A DNA stretch of 46,784 nucleotides from Candidatus Hadarchaeota archaeon (GCA_040757795.1 JBFLWG010000001.1:1-46784), one strand, 5' to 3'; positions 8,542 through 18,114 are shown, counted from the first letter of the stretch. Numbers and translations are program-made. Notes: generated by a model from the sequence alone, not told the origin.

Positions 8542-9726
8542 ATGAAAGTAGTTCTGGCATACTCCGGAGGTCTGGACACGTCTGTGGTGGTCCACCTTCT
8601 TCAGGACAAGTGGCATGCTGATGTCGTGACCGTCTCCGTGGACGTCGGGCAGAACCAGAAGGAGCTTAAGGAAATTGGCGAAAAAGCAGAAAAGCTCGGC
8701 GTGATAAAGCATGTCCATATCGACGCGAAAAAGGAATTTGTTGAGAACTACCTGTTCCCCAGCATAAAGGCCAACGGAGTATACGAGGGCTACCCGCTCT
8801 CCACTGCCTTGGCCCGGTACCCTATTGCGGCCGCGACCGTCAAGGTGGCAAAGAAGGTGAAGGCCGATGCCGTGGCCCACGGATGCACTGGGAAGGGCAA
8901 CGACCAGTTCAGGTTCGACACGACGATCTCAACGCTCGCCCCGAACATGAAGATAATCGCGCCCGTCAGGGAGCTGAACCTTGACAGAAAGTGGGAGATT
9001 GATTACGCCAAAAAGCACGGGATTCCAGTCCCTGTGGACCTGAGCAGGCCGTACAGCATCGACGAGAACATGTGGGGGCGCTCGATAGAGGGCGGTGTGC
9101 TGGAGAACCCAGAGCAGGCCCCGCCCGAAGACATTTATGAATGGACAAAGTCGCCCGAAAGCGCGCCGGCGAAGCCAAGGGTTGTGAAGATAGACTTCAA
9201 GAACGGCTTGCCTGTGGGTCTGGACGGGGCGAAGATGGAAGGAATGAAGCTCATCAGCAGGATGAATCACCTGGCCGGGGAGCACGGGGTCGGCAGGATA
9301 GACATCATGGAAGACAGGGTGCTCGGGCTGAAAGCCAGGGAGAACTACGAGGCGCCCGCCGCAACCGTCATCCTCCAGGCCCACAAGGCCATCGAGCAGC
9401 TTGTTCTGACGAAGCAGGAGCTGGCATTCAAGGCTGTCGTCGACCAGATGTGGGCCGACCTGGCATACAGCGGGCTGTGGTTCGACCCGTTGAGGGAGGA
9501 CTTGGACGCGTTCGTAAACTCCACCCAGAAGAGGGTGACGGGGAAGGTCGGCATCGAGCTCAACCGAGGCTTTTCCCGCGTGGTCATGAGGGGCTCCCCA
9601 TTCACCCTTTACGACGAGGAGCTGGTGTCGTTCGAGAAGTTCGGGTTCGACCAGAGGGACGCCGCCGGGATGATAAAGTTCCACGCCCTGCAGGGGAAGA
9701 TCCTGCGGAAGAGGAAGGGTGCCTGA
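8542..9726 (+). CDS. argG: Argininosuccinate synthase
   Basis: MKVVLAYSGGLDTSV (N-type ATP-PPase SGGLDTS), HGCTGKGNDQFRF. GGTGGT sits before the ATG. 394 aa. Confidence 0.95.
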   Translation: MKVVLAYSGGLDTSVVVHLLQDKWHADVVTVSVDVGQNQKELKEIGEKAEKLGVIKHVHIDAKKEFVENYLFPSIKANGVYEGYPLSTALARYPIAAATVKVAKKVKADAVAHGCTGKGNDQFRFDTTISTLAPNMKIIAPVRELNLDRKWEIDYAKKHGIPVPVDLSRPYSIDENMWGRSIEGGVLENPEQAPPEDIYEWTKSPESAPAKPRVVKIDFKNGLPVGLDGAKMEGMKLISRMNHLAGEHGVGRIDIMEDRVLGLKARENYEAPAATVILQAHKAIEQLVLTKQELAFKAVVDQMWADLAYSGLWFDPLREDLDAFVNSTQKRVTGKVGIELNRGFSRVVMRGSPFTLYDEELVSFEKFGFDQRDAAGMIKFHALQGKILRKRKGA

Positions 9727-11207
9727 TGCTCCGCCGAGGGAGGTTCGGGGGAGGGAAGGATCCCCTAGCTGAAGAATACACCTCCTCGATGAAGGCTGAC
9801 CCGCGTATTTTCCACCAGGTTGTACAGGTCAACATGGCCCACGTGATGATGCTGGCCGAGAGGGGGATAATCCCGGCCAAGGACGCTTCGGCGATCCTGA
9901 AGGCTCTTCTCGAGCTCCACGGAAAGAAGATGCATGAGCTGGAGCTGAAGCCTGAGCTTGAGGACATCCACATGGTGGTGGAGAAGTTCGTTAGCGACGC
10001 CGCCGGGGAGGAGGCCGGGGGCAGGATGCACACTGCCAAAAGCAGGAACGACCAGGTCTCGACCGCAATCAGGATGGCACTGAGGATGGAGCTGGTTGAA
10101 GTGGAGGAGCAAGCCCTGGGGCTGGTGAAGGTTCTGATGCAGCTGGCCGACAAGAACATCAACACCATCATGCCTGGCTACACGCACACCCAGATTGCCC
10201 AGCCGACCACTTTCGCCCACTGGCTGGCCGCACACGCGTTCGCTTTTCTCAGGGACGCTGGCAGGCTTGAAAGGGCGTACGAGTCGGCGAACTCATGCCC
10301 TCTGGGGGCCTGCGCCTTCGCCGGCACCAGCTTCCCGACAGACAGGGTGAGGGTCTCCAACATGCTCGGGTTCAGGCGGGCGATGGAAAACACTATGGAC
10401 TCTGTCGGGTCGCGCGACTTTACCCTCGAAGCCATGGGCGCTCTGGCAATCGCCGCAACAAACCTTAGCAGGCTGGCGGCCGAGCTGATCCTATGGAGCA
10501 CCCCCGAGTTCAACCTGATCTCGATGCCGGACGAGTTCTCGGCAACCAGCAGCATCATGCCACAGAAGAAGAACGCGGAGGTGGCGGAGATAGCCAGGGC
10601 GAAGGCAGGTGCGGCAATGGGGAACCTCGCGGCCGGGCTCGCTTTGATGAAGGCTCTGCCCCATGCCTACAACTTGGACTTCCAGGAGCTCACGCCCCTT
10701 CTCTGGAGCTCTGTGGACGGGGTGAAGGAGACCTTTGCCGTGATGGCAAAGCTTATGGAGAAGGTCGCGCCGAACAAGGAAATCATGAGGAGGAGGGCCG
10801 AGGAGGGATTTTCAACCGCGACAGAGCTTGCAGACCTTCTCGTGAAGGGGGCGGGGCTGCCGTTCAGGAGCGCCCACGCGGTTGTCGGGAAGCTTGTGGC
10901 GGACGCGATTGAAGCAGGAAAAGGCATCGGGGATATCGGGGTTGAGGAACTCAAAGCCGCGTCGAAAGAGGTTTTGGAGAAAGAAATCAAGCTGGAGCCC
11001 TCGGAGCTCAAGGCGGCGCTAGACCCGGCGGAGTGCGTCAGGGCGAGGACTCTGCCGGGCGGTCCGGCGCCGAAGGCCATGCAGGCGCAGGTGGGGGAGA
11101 TCAGGAGCCAGCTCAAGTATCTGGAGAAGACCATCAGCGCCAGGAGGAAGGCGCTGCAGAAAGTCGAGACGAAGCTTCTGAAGGAAGCCAGGGGGAAGGC
11201 AAAGTGA
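9726..11207 (+). CDS. argH: Argininosuccinate lyase
   Basis: Fumarate-lyase signature SSIMPQKKNAEVAE, HTAKSRNDQV, PGYTHTQIAQP. The ATG overlaps the argG stop (TGATG). Confidence 0.95.
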   Translation: MLRRGRFGGGKDPLAEEYTSSMKADPRIFHQVVQVNMAHVMMLAERGIIPAKDASAILKALLELHGKKMHELELKPELEDIHMVVEKFVSDAAGEEAGGRMHTAKSRNDQVSTAIRMALRMELVEVEEQALGLVKVLMQLADKNINTIMPGYTHTQIAQPTTFAHWLAAHAFAFLRDAGRLERAYESANSCPLGACAFAGTSFPTDRVRVSNMLGFRRAMENTMDSVGSRDFTLEAMGALAIAATNLSRLAAELILWSTPEFNLISMPDEFSATSSIMPQKKNAEVAEIARAKAGAAMGNLAAGLALMKALPHAYNLDFQELTPLLWSSVDGVKETFAVMAKLMEKVAPNKEIMRRRAEEGFSTATELADLLVKGAGLPFRSAHAVVGKLVADAIEAGKGIGDIGVEELKAASKEVLEKEIKLEPSELKAALDPAECVRARTLPGGPAPKAMQAQVGEIRSQLKYLEKTISARRKALQKVETKLLKEARGKAK

Positions 11208-12229
11208 TAAAAGTCTCTATCATCGGGGCCTCCGGCTACACAGGAGGCGAGCTCCTCCGGCTGCTGTCGACCCACCCTGAAGCAGAGGTGGAAGGAGTCT
11301 ACGGCTTCAGCAGCATAGGAAAATCATTGCTGGACGTTCACCCACACCTCCGAGGAATTTATGACTTAGCGATCGCCGAGCCAGACTTTGGCAAGATAGG
11401 GAAGCAGGCCGACCTTGTCTTCGTGGCCGCGCCGCACGGGGTGGCCATGAAGTTCGTGCCGAAGCTGCTCGAGGGCGGGGCCAGGGTGGTCGACCTCGGC
11501 GCCGACTACCGGCTTGAGGATGTCAAGGTGTTCGAGAAGTACTACACAAAGCATGAGAGCCCCGGCGTGAAGGGAGTCTATGGGCTGCCAGAGCTGCACC
11601 GCGATGAGATAAAGAAGGCCAAGCTGGTCGCGAACCCGGGCTGCTTCCCGGTGGCCGCCATCCTAAGCCTGGCGCCTCTCGTCAAGGGGGGGCTGGTGGA
11701 CCTGGACCACATCGTCATAGACTCAAAGACCGGGACATCTGGCGCGGGGGGGACGCCGAGCGAGAGGACACACCACCCGGTGGCCGGGTCGAACGTCCAG
11801 GCCTACGCCGCGACCACGCACAGGCACACACCTGAGATAAATCAGGAACTGGGGAAGCTGGCTGGCAGAAGTATCACGGCCCATTTCACGCCCCACCTCA
11901 TCCCGATTGTCAGGGGGATTCTCTCGACGGCGCACGTTTTCATGAGGAAGGAGATGGATTTGAAGTCGCTGCTGGGGATTTACAGGGAATTCTACTCGGG
12001 GGAGCCTTTCGTGAGGGTGGTGGATGGGCTGCCCCAGATAAACTTCGTGGTGGGCTCGAACTACTGCGACGTGGGGCTGGAGCTCGCGGCCCAGGGCGGC
12101 AGGCTGGTGGCGGTCGCGGCAATAGACAACCTTGTGAAGGGAGCGGCCGGGCAGGCGGTCCAGAATATGAATGTGATGTTCGGGTTTGATGAGCGGGCCG
12201 GGCTCGGGGGTCCGCCGCTCAGGCCCTGA
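11204..12229 (+). CDS. argC: N-acetyl-gamma-glutamyl-phosphate reductase
   Basis: VIKVSIIGASGYTGGELLRLL, ANPGCFP (active-site Cys), NLVKGAAGQAVQNMN. The GTG start overlaps the argH stop (GTGA). Confidence 0.9.
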   Translation: MIKVSIIGASGYTGGELLRLLSTHPEAEVEGVYGFSSIGKSLLDVHPHLRGIYDLAIAEPDFGKIGKQADLVFVAAPHGVAMKFVPKLLEGGARVVDLGADYRLEDVKVFEKYYTKHESPGVKGVYGLPELHRDEIKKAKLVANPGCFPVAAILSLAPLVKGGLVDLDHIVIDSKTGTSGAGGTPSERTHHPVAGSNVQAYAATTHRHTPEINQELGKLAGRSITAHFTPHLIPIVRGILSTAHVFMRKEMDLKSLLGIYREFYSGEPFVRVVDGLPQINFVVGSNYCDVGLELAAQGGRLVAVAAIDNLVKGAAGQAVQNMNVMFGFDERAGLGGPPLRP

Positions 12230-12235
12230 CCGTGC

Positions 12236-13087
12236 TTATTCAGCCTCGGCCTTCCTCCTGAACAACCTATCCAAAAACTCTTTCAGACGCTGCTTGATGG
12301 TCCTTTCGCTTTCGGCCTCCGCCATGAGCTCGATTTCTTCTTTCGCTGGCTTCAGGAAGGAGATGAAAACCATCCCGGCCAGGAACCCCGTGATGTGGAC
12401 CCAGTAGCCGACGCCCTTGAGGACGACCACGCCCTGGGCGACCTCCATCCCCTCGAACCCCTTCAGCAGCTGGTAGGAAAGGTAGGCGAGGGAAAACGGC
12501 CAGATGGGCACCGGGATGAGGAAGAGGATGAAAAACACCACGAGGTATGTCGAGACTATTGTGGAGAGGGCCGCCCAGCCCGGCAGGAAGAGCGCGATTA
12601 GTGGCCAAATCAGGATTATCAGGTAGCCGAGGGGGCCCGTCTGCCAGGGGTAAGCCAAGTAGGCCGCGCCGATTATCCCTGAGATTGCGGCGGAGGCCCC
12701 GACCATCGGGACGTCGTAACCCGGGCTTATGGCGGTGGTGAGCAGCAGTGCCGTCACGTGGGTCGCGAAGTAAAGCAGGAGAAACCTGCCGAATCCTATT
12801 TTTCTCTCCAGGATGAAGCCGAACACCAGCAGCGATATCATGTTCCCGAGTAGATGGACCAAGTTCACGTGGATGAAGGCGGACGCCAGCACGGACGGGA
12901 TGGCCTCGCCGCGGGCCAGCGCCGCCGGCCTGAAGCCGTAGTCCTGGGCGGCCTGCGAGAGGAGCCCTCCGCCCTGGAGCAGCAGGAAGACTATCACGTT
13001 CGCCGCAGTTAGGATCAGGGTCGCCATGGGGATGGATCTGACCACCCGCAGTATCGACGTCAGCTGATGCTTAAGCCTGGCCTTCAT
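12236..13087 (-). CDS. Rhomboid family intramembrane serine protease (catalytic residues intact) with a charged C-terminal tail
   Basis: HVNLVHLLGNM (H..HxxxN), GASAAISGIIGA (Ser), WVHITGFLAG (His). ATG 13087 is preferred over TTG 13111. Confidence 0.85.
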   Translation of the reverse strand: MKARLKHQLTSILRVVRSIPMATLILTAANVIVFLLLQGGGLLSQAAQDYGFRPAALARGEAIPSVLASAFIHVNLVHLLGNMISLLVFGFILERKIGFGRFLLLYFATHVTALLLTTAISPGYDVPMVGASAAISGIIGAAYLAYPWQTGPLGYLIILIWPLIALFLPGWAALSTIVSTYLVVFFILFLIPVPIWPFSLAYLSYQLLKGFEGMEVAQGVVVLKGVGYWVHITGFLAGMVFISFLKPAKEEIELMAEAESERTIKQRLKEFLDRLFRRKAEAE

Positions 13088-13146
13088 CAAAACTACTTTG
13101 GGCCTCTGCAATTAACGGTTGCTTACGAGACTTTCGCGCCGGCCGC

Positions 13147-13831
13147 TCAGGTGAACCTGAAGCTCTGGACCATATTTTCAAACTCCATCTCAAGATTGCG
13201 GAAATCTCCCATTTTGTACACCTGGGTGGGGGCATATTGCGGATTTACGGAAGGATCCAAGTAAGGTGCCGTGAAAACCAAAGCGTGAAAGTACCCTCCT
13301 TTCGATGCAACTTTCGCCTTGACATTTCCAACGATGTAATCTGGATAAGGTTTAAAGCAAATGTTTGCGGCGGACTCCAAGGCGTTTTCTCCTCCAAGCT
13401 GGCCCAACTGCGTGGAAATGTCTCCCAAAGTGAAATGTGTGGCAGAATACACTTCCAATGTGGCGTTCTCTACTTGTAAAGCAAAACTCTCAGGCGACGC
13501 GTTTTCTTCTGCTCTTTGTGTAATCACAAACAAGTAACCTCCGTAGACGCTGTTTGGGTAATCTTTCTCAAACACCGTGAACAACGTTGAGCCGGGATAG
13601 TCCCTTTCATAACTTCCAGCCCTCCGCCACATCGAACGTGAAACCCCAAGTTGGTTTGGAGTAAACACTTGAAGCTGCTGAAATCTGCCGTACCGCCGGG
13701 ATTGTTAGAACCAGAACCACCACGATTATTCCTATGATTAACGCGAGCACAAGATACGGCTTGATATTGCGCTGCTTTAGGTCATAATATTCTGTGGAGA
13801 GAAGGTACTGATTCACGGATACTCCAAACAA
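13147..13831 (-). pseudogene. Single-pass membrane-anchored protein interrupted by a +1 frame change (two track ORFs, 13607..13831 and 13147..13668)
   Basis: The upstream ORF encodes an N-terminal TM anchor and ends ...TWGFTFDVAEGWKL-stop. The downstream frame continues ...ERDYPGSTLFTVFEKDY... immediately after. Skipping one nt near 13607-13609 joins the two into a single anchored globular protein. Confidence 0.5.
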
Positions 13832-13863
13832 TGTTTTGAAAACCGTGTAATTAGCTTAACTGA

Positions 13864-14610
13864 TTAATGGGGTGTTGGACCACTCTCCGCCGCCTTTTCC
13901 GGCCCCTTCGGCCTCAGCAGCAGATAAGCGGGAATTCCAACCAGCCCCAAAAGGCTGGCCAAGACCCCGCCCGCCAGAGCCTGAACGCTCATCCAGTAAA
14001 GCCCTATGCCGAGCTGGAGTACTATCCATGTGACGAGAAACGGGAGCAGCGGCACTTCCGTGTCTGGAGACAAAACAAATGTGACGACGGGCGGAGCAAA
14101 TGACACGGTCAGGTAAGTGACGACTGTTCCAAACGTTGCCACTGACCCAAAAAATGCAAAATATGCCATCGAGGGGAAGACCAGCAGAAGCGCGGGGAGC
14201 AGCGAAATCCCATCACTTTTGCAGGCGAGAAGGCAAGCCCAGGCAACACCTGACACTGCAGCGAGCGCCCCGAACGCAAGATAAGGCGCGCCCGGGATTA
14301 ACACTAGCGCAATTGCAGAAGCGGTCAGGCCCGAGATGATGTAGACTGCGAAAGACTTCACCGGGCCGACCTTCCGCTCGAGAAGCGCCGCTAGGACGAA
14401 AAGGTAAAGTGTGCTGAGCCCTTGCACCACAACCTCAAGAGTGCCGGGAAGTGGAAACATGACGACGATTATTAAGTTGGCTATTGCAAGCCCCAGAGCG
14501 GCGATTGGGAACCCCTTTATTCTGTTCAAGTCGACCACAACTAAACTTTTGGTAAGTGTATTTAGCTTTCTCTGAAGAGAACTTGTAACCCCCGAGCAAT
14601 TAACTTCCAA
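13864..14610 (-). CDS. Degenerate rhomboid paralog lacking catalytic residues (pseudoprotease candidate)
   Basis: Collinear with the adjacent rhomboid, including LLERKVGPVK and the tail LLLRPKGPEK. However GASAAISG is replaced by GALAAVSG, the HLSGN region by GLSTL, and WAHLSG by LASLLG. The start is uncertain (TTG at 14610, or GTG/TTG further in). Confidence 0.65.
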   Translation of the reverse strand: MEVNCSGVTSSLQRKLNTLTKSLVVVDLNRIKGFPIAALGLAIANLIIVVMFPLPGTLEVVVQGLSTLYLFVLAALLERKVGPVKSFAVYIISGLTASAIALVLIPGAPYLAFGALAAVSGVAWACLLACKSDGISLLPALLLVFPSMAYFAFFGSVATFGTVVTYLTVSFAPPVVTFVLSPDTEVPLLPFLVTWIVLQLGIGLYWMSVQALAGGVLASLLGLVGIPAYLLLRPKGPEKAAESGPTPH

Positions 14611-15349
14611 TCACCGGGATTTTGGCTTCCGCCTCCGGCACCTTTTTCGGACCCTTTGGCCTCAGCAGCAAGTACAGCAAGACGCCTGCTAGGAGTCCTG
14701 AAAGGTGCGCCCAGATTCCGCCCGCAAGGTATCCCAAGTTTGTGTAAAAGAGCCCCGCCCCCAGCTGGAACACCATCCATGTTATGAGGAAGGGAAGGAG
14801 AATCACTGTGGTGAAGGGGGCCATCACAAAGGTAAGAAGCGGTATTGCTGTGGAAAAGAAGAGGTAAATACCAATAGTCGCTGCTGTCGCTGGAAATGCA
14901 GCCGAAACCATCCACGTCAGACCCGGTAAGACCATCATTAGGGCGAACCCTAACGGGATTCTGTCGAACAGGCTGGAAAAAAAGCACGCTCCAGCGACGC
15001 CTGATATGGCGGCCGACGCCCCGTACATTACAACATTGGATCCCCACGCTAGGGAAAGGACGAACGCCACGGCGGCGATGTGTGACACAAAGTAGATGAT
15101 AAGAAATTTTACCGGACCTATTTTTCGCTCGAGAAGGTAACCCATTACAAAAAGAGCCAACATGTTGCCCGAAAGATGCCAAAAGTCGGCGTGCATGAAA
15201 AAGGAGGTCAGCAAAGTGTGCAGGTTTTGGCCCCGGGCAACATCGTATGGAGTGAGCCCATAATCATTAATCGCCTGGTCAAGAGGCCCGGCTACACTAA
15301 ATGCTGTAAAAATCAAAACGTTAACGCCAATCAATGCCAGTGTCGCCAC
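14600..15349 (-). CDS. Rhomboid family intramembrane serine protease (catalytic residues intact)
   Basis: FMHADFWHLSGNM, YGASAAISGVAGA, GIWAHLSGLLAG. The GTG start lies 3 nt after the upstream stop. Confidence 0.85.
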   Translation of the reverse strand: MATLALIGVNVLIFTAFSVAGPLDQAINDYGLTPYDVARGQNLHTLLTSFFMHADFWHLSGNMLALFVMGYLLERKIGPVKFLIIYFVSHIAAVAFVLSLAWGSNVVMYGASAAISGVAGACFFSSLFDRIPLGFALMMVLPGLTWMVSAAFPATAATIGIYLFFSTAIPLLTFVMAPFTTVILLPFLITWMVFQLGAGLFYTNLGYLAGGIWAHLSGLLAGVLLYLLLRPKGPKKVPEAEAKIPVIGS

Positions 15350-15352
15350 CGG

Positions 15353-15604
15353 TCACGGCCCTGGGTATTCCCGCTTCAGTAGAACAGCTCCAACGGCAAA
15401 TGAAGCTAGAATGATGAACAGGTCGATATAGGTGGCAAGCTCTTCGATATTCGGCCCTTGCAATAAAAAGAAGCTCCACAAAATTCCGGCAATCATCAAT
15501 GATGCCACAATTGCTATGATTATTTCTGTTAAAGGCAACTTCTGCTTTTTTTGTTTCGTTGTTTGTTTGGTTAATCCACCGCAAAATGGAAAATTCTGAA
15601 GCAT
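15353..15604 (-). CDS. Small 2-TM membrane protein, first gene of the rhomboid cassette
   Basis: 83 aa with a Lys-rich N-terminus followed by two hydrophobic helices. ATG start, and its stop abuts the rhomboid start. Confidence 0.5.
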   Translation of the reverse strand: MLQNFPFCGGLTKQTTKQKKQKLPLTEIIIAIVASLMIAGILWSFFLLQGPNIEELATYIDLFIILASFAVGAVLLKREYPGP

Positions 15605-15695
15605 TTACTCACAATTATCCTGTCTCTTGGCGAGTATTATAATTCCCCTCAAAAACAACATTTAAGAAAGCTGCGCCCATTTGGAATTTGAGCAG

Positions 15696-16928
15696 ATGAT
15701 AACCGTCCTGGAAGGTGGAATAACTGAAGTCCCCGGGTTCAAGGCCGCCGGAGTCAGAGCTGGCATAAAGAAGCGCGGCCTAGACATCATGCTTCTGGTC
15801 TCCGAAGACGGCCCCGTCACGGCCGCGGGAGCATTCACCACCAACCGTGTTCAGGGCGCCCCTGTCACCGTCACCAAAGAGCACCTGAAGAAGGGAAAGC
15901 TCGGGGCGATAGTGGCCAACTCCGGGATATCCAACGCATACACAGGAAAGAGGGGCCTCAGGGATGCCTACAGGATGGCGCAGGTCGCCGCTCGGCTACT
16001 CAAGATTAGGGCCGCAAACGTCGGCGTCGCCTCGACCGGCCTGATCGGCGCCTACATGCCGATGAAAAGGGTGGAGGCGGGAATCAAGGCGGCGGCAAAC
16101 GAGCTTTCAAACTCGCGGGAGGCCAGCCTCAACGCCGTGAAGGCGATAATGACGACCGATACAATTCCAAAAGAAGTAGCGCTCCGGGTGGACCTTGATG
16201 ACGGAACCACCGCGACAATTGCTGGTATAGCGAAAGGCGCCGGCATGATTTCCCCAAAAATGAAGACTGCGACAATGCTAGCCTTTGTTGTAACAGACGT
16301 CTCGATAACCTCCGACGCCATGAAGGCTATGCTGCAGAGGGCGATCGACAAGAGCTTCAACATGGTCAACATCGACAACGACACGAGCACGAGCGATATG
16401 GTGTTGGTGATAGCCAACGGGCGGGCGAAGAACCGCCGCATAACACTAGACCGCATGGACAGGCAGTTCCAGGCCGGCTTCGAACACGCCCTCACCGAAC
16501 TTGCCTGGATGATAGCCGGCGACGGGGAGGGGGCAACGCGCCTGATTGAGGTGCAGGTCTCTGGGGCCCGCAACGTCGGGGAGGCTAGGATGGCAGCGAG
16601 GGCTGTGGCAGGCTCAAACCTCGTCAAGTCCGCGGTGTTCGGCAAGGACCCCAACTGGGGAAGGGTGGTGGCGGCCCTCGGCTACTCAGGGGCAGTCTTC
16701 GACTCCAAGGACCTCAGCCTGGAGCTTGAGGGCGAGCGGGGTAGCGTGGAGCTGGTGCACAGGGGGAAGCCGGCCCCGAAGAGGGCGCTGGCGAGGGGCA
16801 GAGACATCATGAAGAGCAAGGAGATAGAAATCATAGTCAATCTGGGCGCCGGGAAGGCCTCGGCCACCGCCTGGGGCTGCGACCTTACCTATGACTATGT
16901 CAGGATAAATTCCCGTTATACTACGTAG
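15696..16928 (+). CDS. argJ: Bifunctional ornithine acetyltransferase / glutamate N-acetyltransferase
   Basis: Autoproteolytic site KTATMLAFVVTD, DGEGATRLIEV, WGCDLTYDYVRINSRYTT at the C-terminus. ATG 15696 is preferred over TTG 15681. Confidence 0.92.
   Translation: MITVLEGGITEVPGFKAAGVRAGIKKRGLDIMLLVSEDGPVTAAGAFTTNRVQGAPVTVTKEHLKKGKLGAIVANSGISNAYTGKRGLRDAYRMAQVAARLLKIRAANVGVASTGLIGAYMPMKRVEAGIKAAANELSNSREASLNAVKAIMTTDTIPKEVALRVDLDDGTTATIAGIAKGAGMISPKMKTATMLAFVVTDVSITSDAMKAMLQRAIDKSFNMVNIDNDTSTSDMVLVIANGRAKNRRITLDRMDRQFQAGFEHALTELAWMIAGDGEGATRLIEVQVSGARNVGEARMAARAVAGSNLVKSAVFGKDPNWGRVVAALGYSGAVFDSKDLSLELEGERGSVELVHRGKPAPKRALARGRDIMKSKEIEIIVNLGAGKASATAWGCDLTYDYVRINSRYTT
16899..16913 (+). repeat. 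Left copy of the exact 15-bp direct repeat GTCAGGATAAATTCC (inside argJ codons V-R-I-N-S)
   Basis: Identical 15-mer at 18121-18135, read directly from the sequence. Confidence 0.9.
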
Positions 16929-17036
16929 TTGTCACCCCAAACCCTTGTGCTGGCGAAATCTAGCAAACTATCATATGGTTGAATTAACGGGCACCGCAAT
17001 ATGGCATGAAAAGGTTAACAATACAAAAACGACACA

Positions 17037-17046
17037 TTTAAATATA
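17037..17046 (+). promoter_or_regulatory. TATA box TTTAAATATA for fic, flanked by the inverted repeat AACAATAC (17017-17024) / GTATTGTT (17048-17055)
   Basis: The box lies about 20-30 nt upstream of candidate GTG starts at 17065 and 17074, which is leaderless-type geometry. Confidence 0.4.
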
Positions 17047-17073
17047 CGTATTGTTAATTGTATTGTGATACTT

Positions 17074-18045
17074 GTGGTCTCAATACACAGAAAAAAAATC
17101 AAAGGGCACTCGTACCCCTATTTGGTGAAATCAGTGCGCCTGCCGAATGGTAAAATAGTAACAATAAACAAAATGTTGGACAAAAAAGAAAAAGTGATGA
17201 GTCCAGAAGCGTTGGAAAGAATTTACAGGAATTATTTCGTAGAAAAAGAGAAAGAGTTGTACAAAAAATTCGCCGAGTCAAATCTCAAGAAATCATATAT
17301 TTTTGCATCCGGCGAAATAGCAAAATTAGAGGAAATCAGAGTATCGTATAAACATTTGATCAACAGGCTCTCAAAAAATCAACTCAAAGATATCTTCGAC
17401 AGGTTCACCGTTAATTTCACATACAACTCCAACGCGATAGAAGGCAACTCTCTCACTTTGAAAGACGTTGCGATAGTTATGTTTGAAAATGGCATTGTAA
17501 AAAGCCGGGATTTACGCGAGATATACGAAACTAGGAATTCCAGGAAGGTTGTTGACTCAATATTGCACAGAAAATACAAAATTACACACGAAGACACCAT
17601 CAAGATGCACAAAATGCTGATGAGGGACATTGACGAAAGAACTGGATATAAACAGCTCCCTAACGTACTGCTCAGTTTTGACCGCGAGATACAGACAACA
17701 AGGCCCGAAGACGTGAAAAAAGAAATGGGCAATTTAATAAAATGGTATGAAAAAAACAGTGCCAAAATGCATCCCCTCGAACTCGCCACAATCTTTCACG
17801 GCCGGTTTGAAAAAATACACCCGTTTGAAGACGGCAATGGAAGGGTTGGGCGGTTTTTGATAAACGTTATTCTTGTCAATAATGGCTACCCACCGTTAAT
17901 CGTGAGAAAAACGGTTAGAGAATCATATATCTCCGCTCTTCAGGCATTTGATGGGGGGTATCAAGATAAATTGAAACGATTCATGCTTGAAAAATTCAAA
18001 GATACGTACGCTAAATTTTTTGAAGTATACGTTAAATACATGTAA
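17074..18045 (+). CDS. fic: Fic domain protein (AMPylase family) with an internal inhibitory motif
   Basis: Fic motif HPFEDGNGRVGR and inhibitory-helix motif SNAIEGN ((S/T)xxxE(G/N)) upstream. The N-terminus VSIHRKKIKGHSYPYLVKS is typical of this Fic subgroup. Start is uncertain among 16945, 17065 and 17074. Confidence 0.88.
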   Translation: MVSIHRKKIKGHSYPYLVKSVRLPNGKIVTINKMLDKKEKVMSPEALERIYRNYFVEKEKELYKKFAESNLKKSYIFASGEIAKLEEIRVSYKHLINRLSKNQLKDIFDRFTVNFTYNSNAIEGNSLTLKDVAIVMFENGIVKSRDLREIYETRNSRKVVDSILHRKYKITHEDTIKMHKMLMRDIDERTGYKQLPNVLLSFDREIQTTRPEDVKKEMGNLIKWYEKNSAKMHPLELATIFHGRFEKIHPFEDGNGRVGRFLINVILVNNGYPPLIVRKTVRESYISALQAFDGGYQDKLKRFMLEKFKDTYAKFFEVYVKYM

Positions 18046-18114
18046 TCACACCAACCCTGCCAGCAGAGTTGCTTAGGTGACAAAAAGCTGGGAGACATAC
18101 TCACAGTACTGCGG

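Noticed and set aside
9141-9725. 5' extension of track ORF 9141..11207 upstream of argH
   Set aside because: It lies entirely inside argG in another frame and is Arg/Gly-rich. The lyase homology begins at ATG 9726, which overlaps the argG stop.
11033-11203. 5' extension of track ORF 11033..12229 upstream of argC
   Set aside because: It lies inside argH in another frame. The ArgC N-terminus (VIKVSIIGASGYTGG) starts at GTG 11204.
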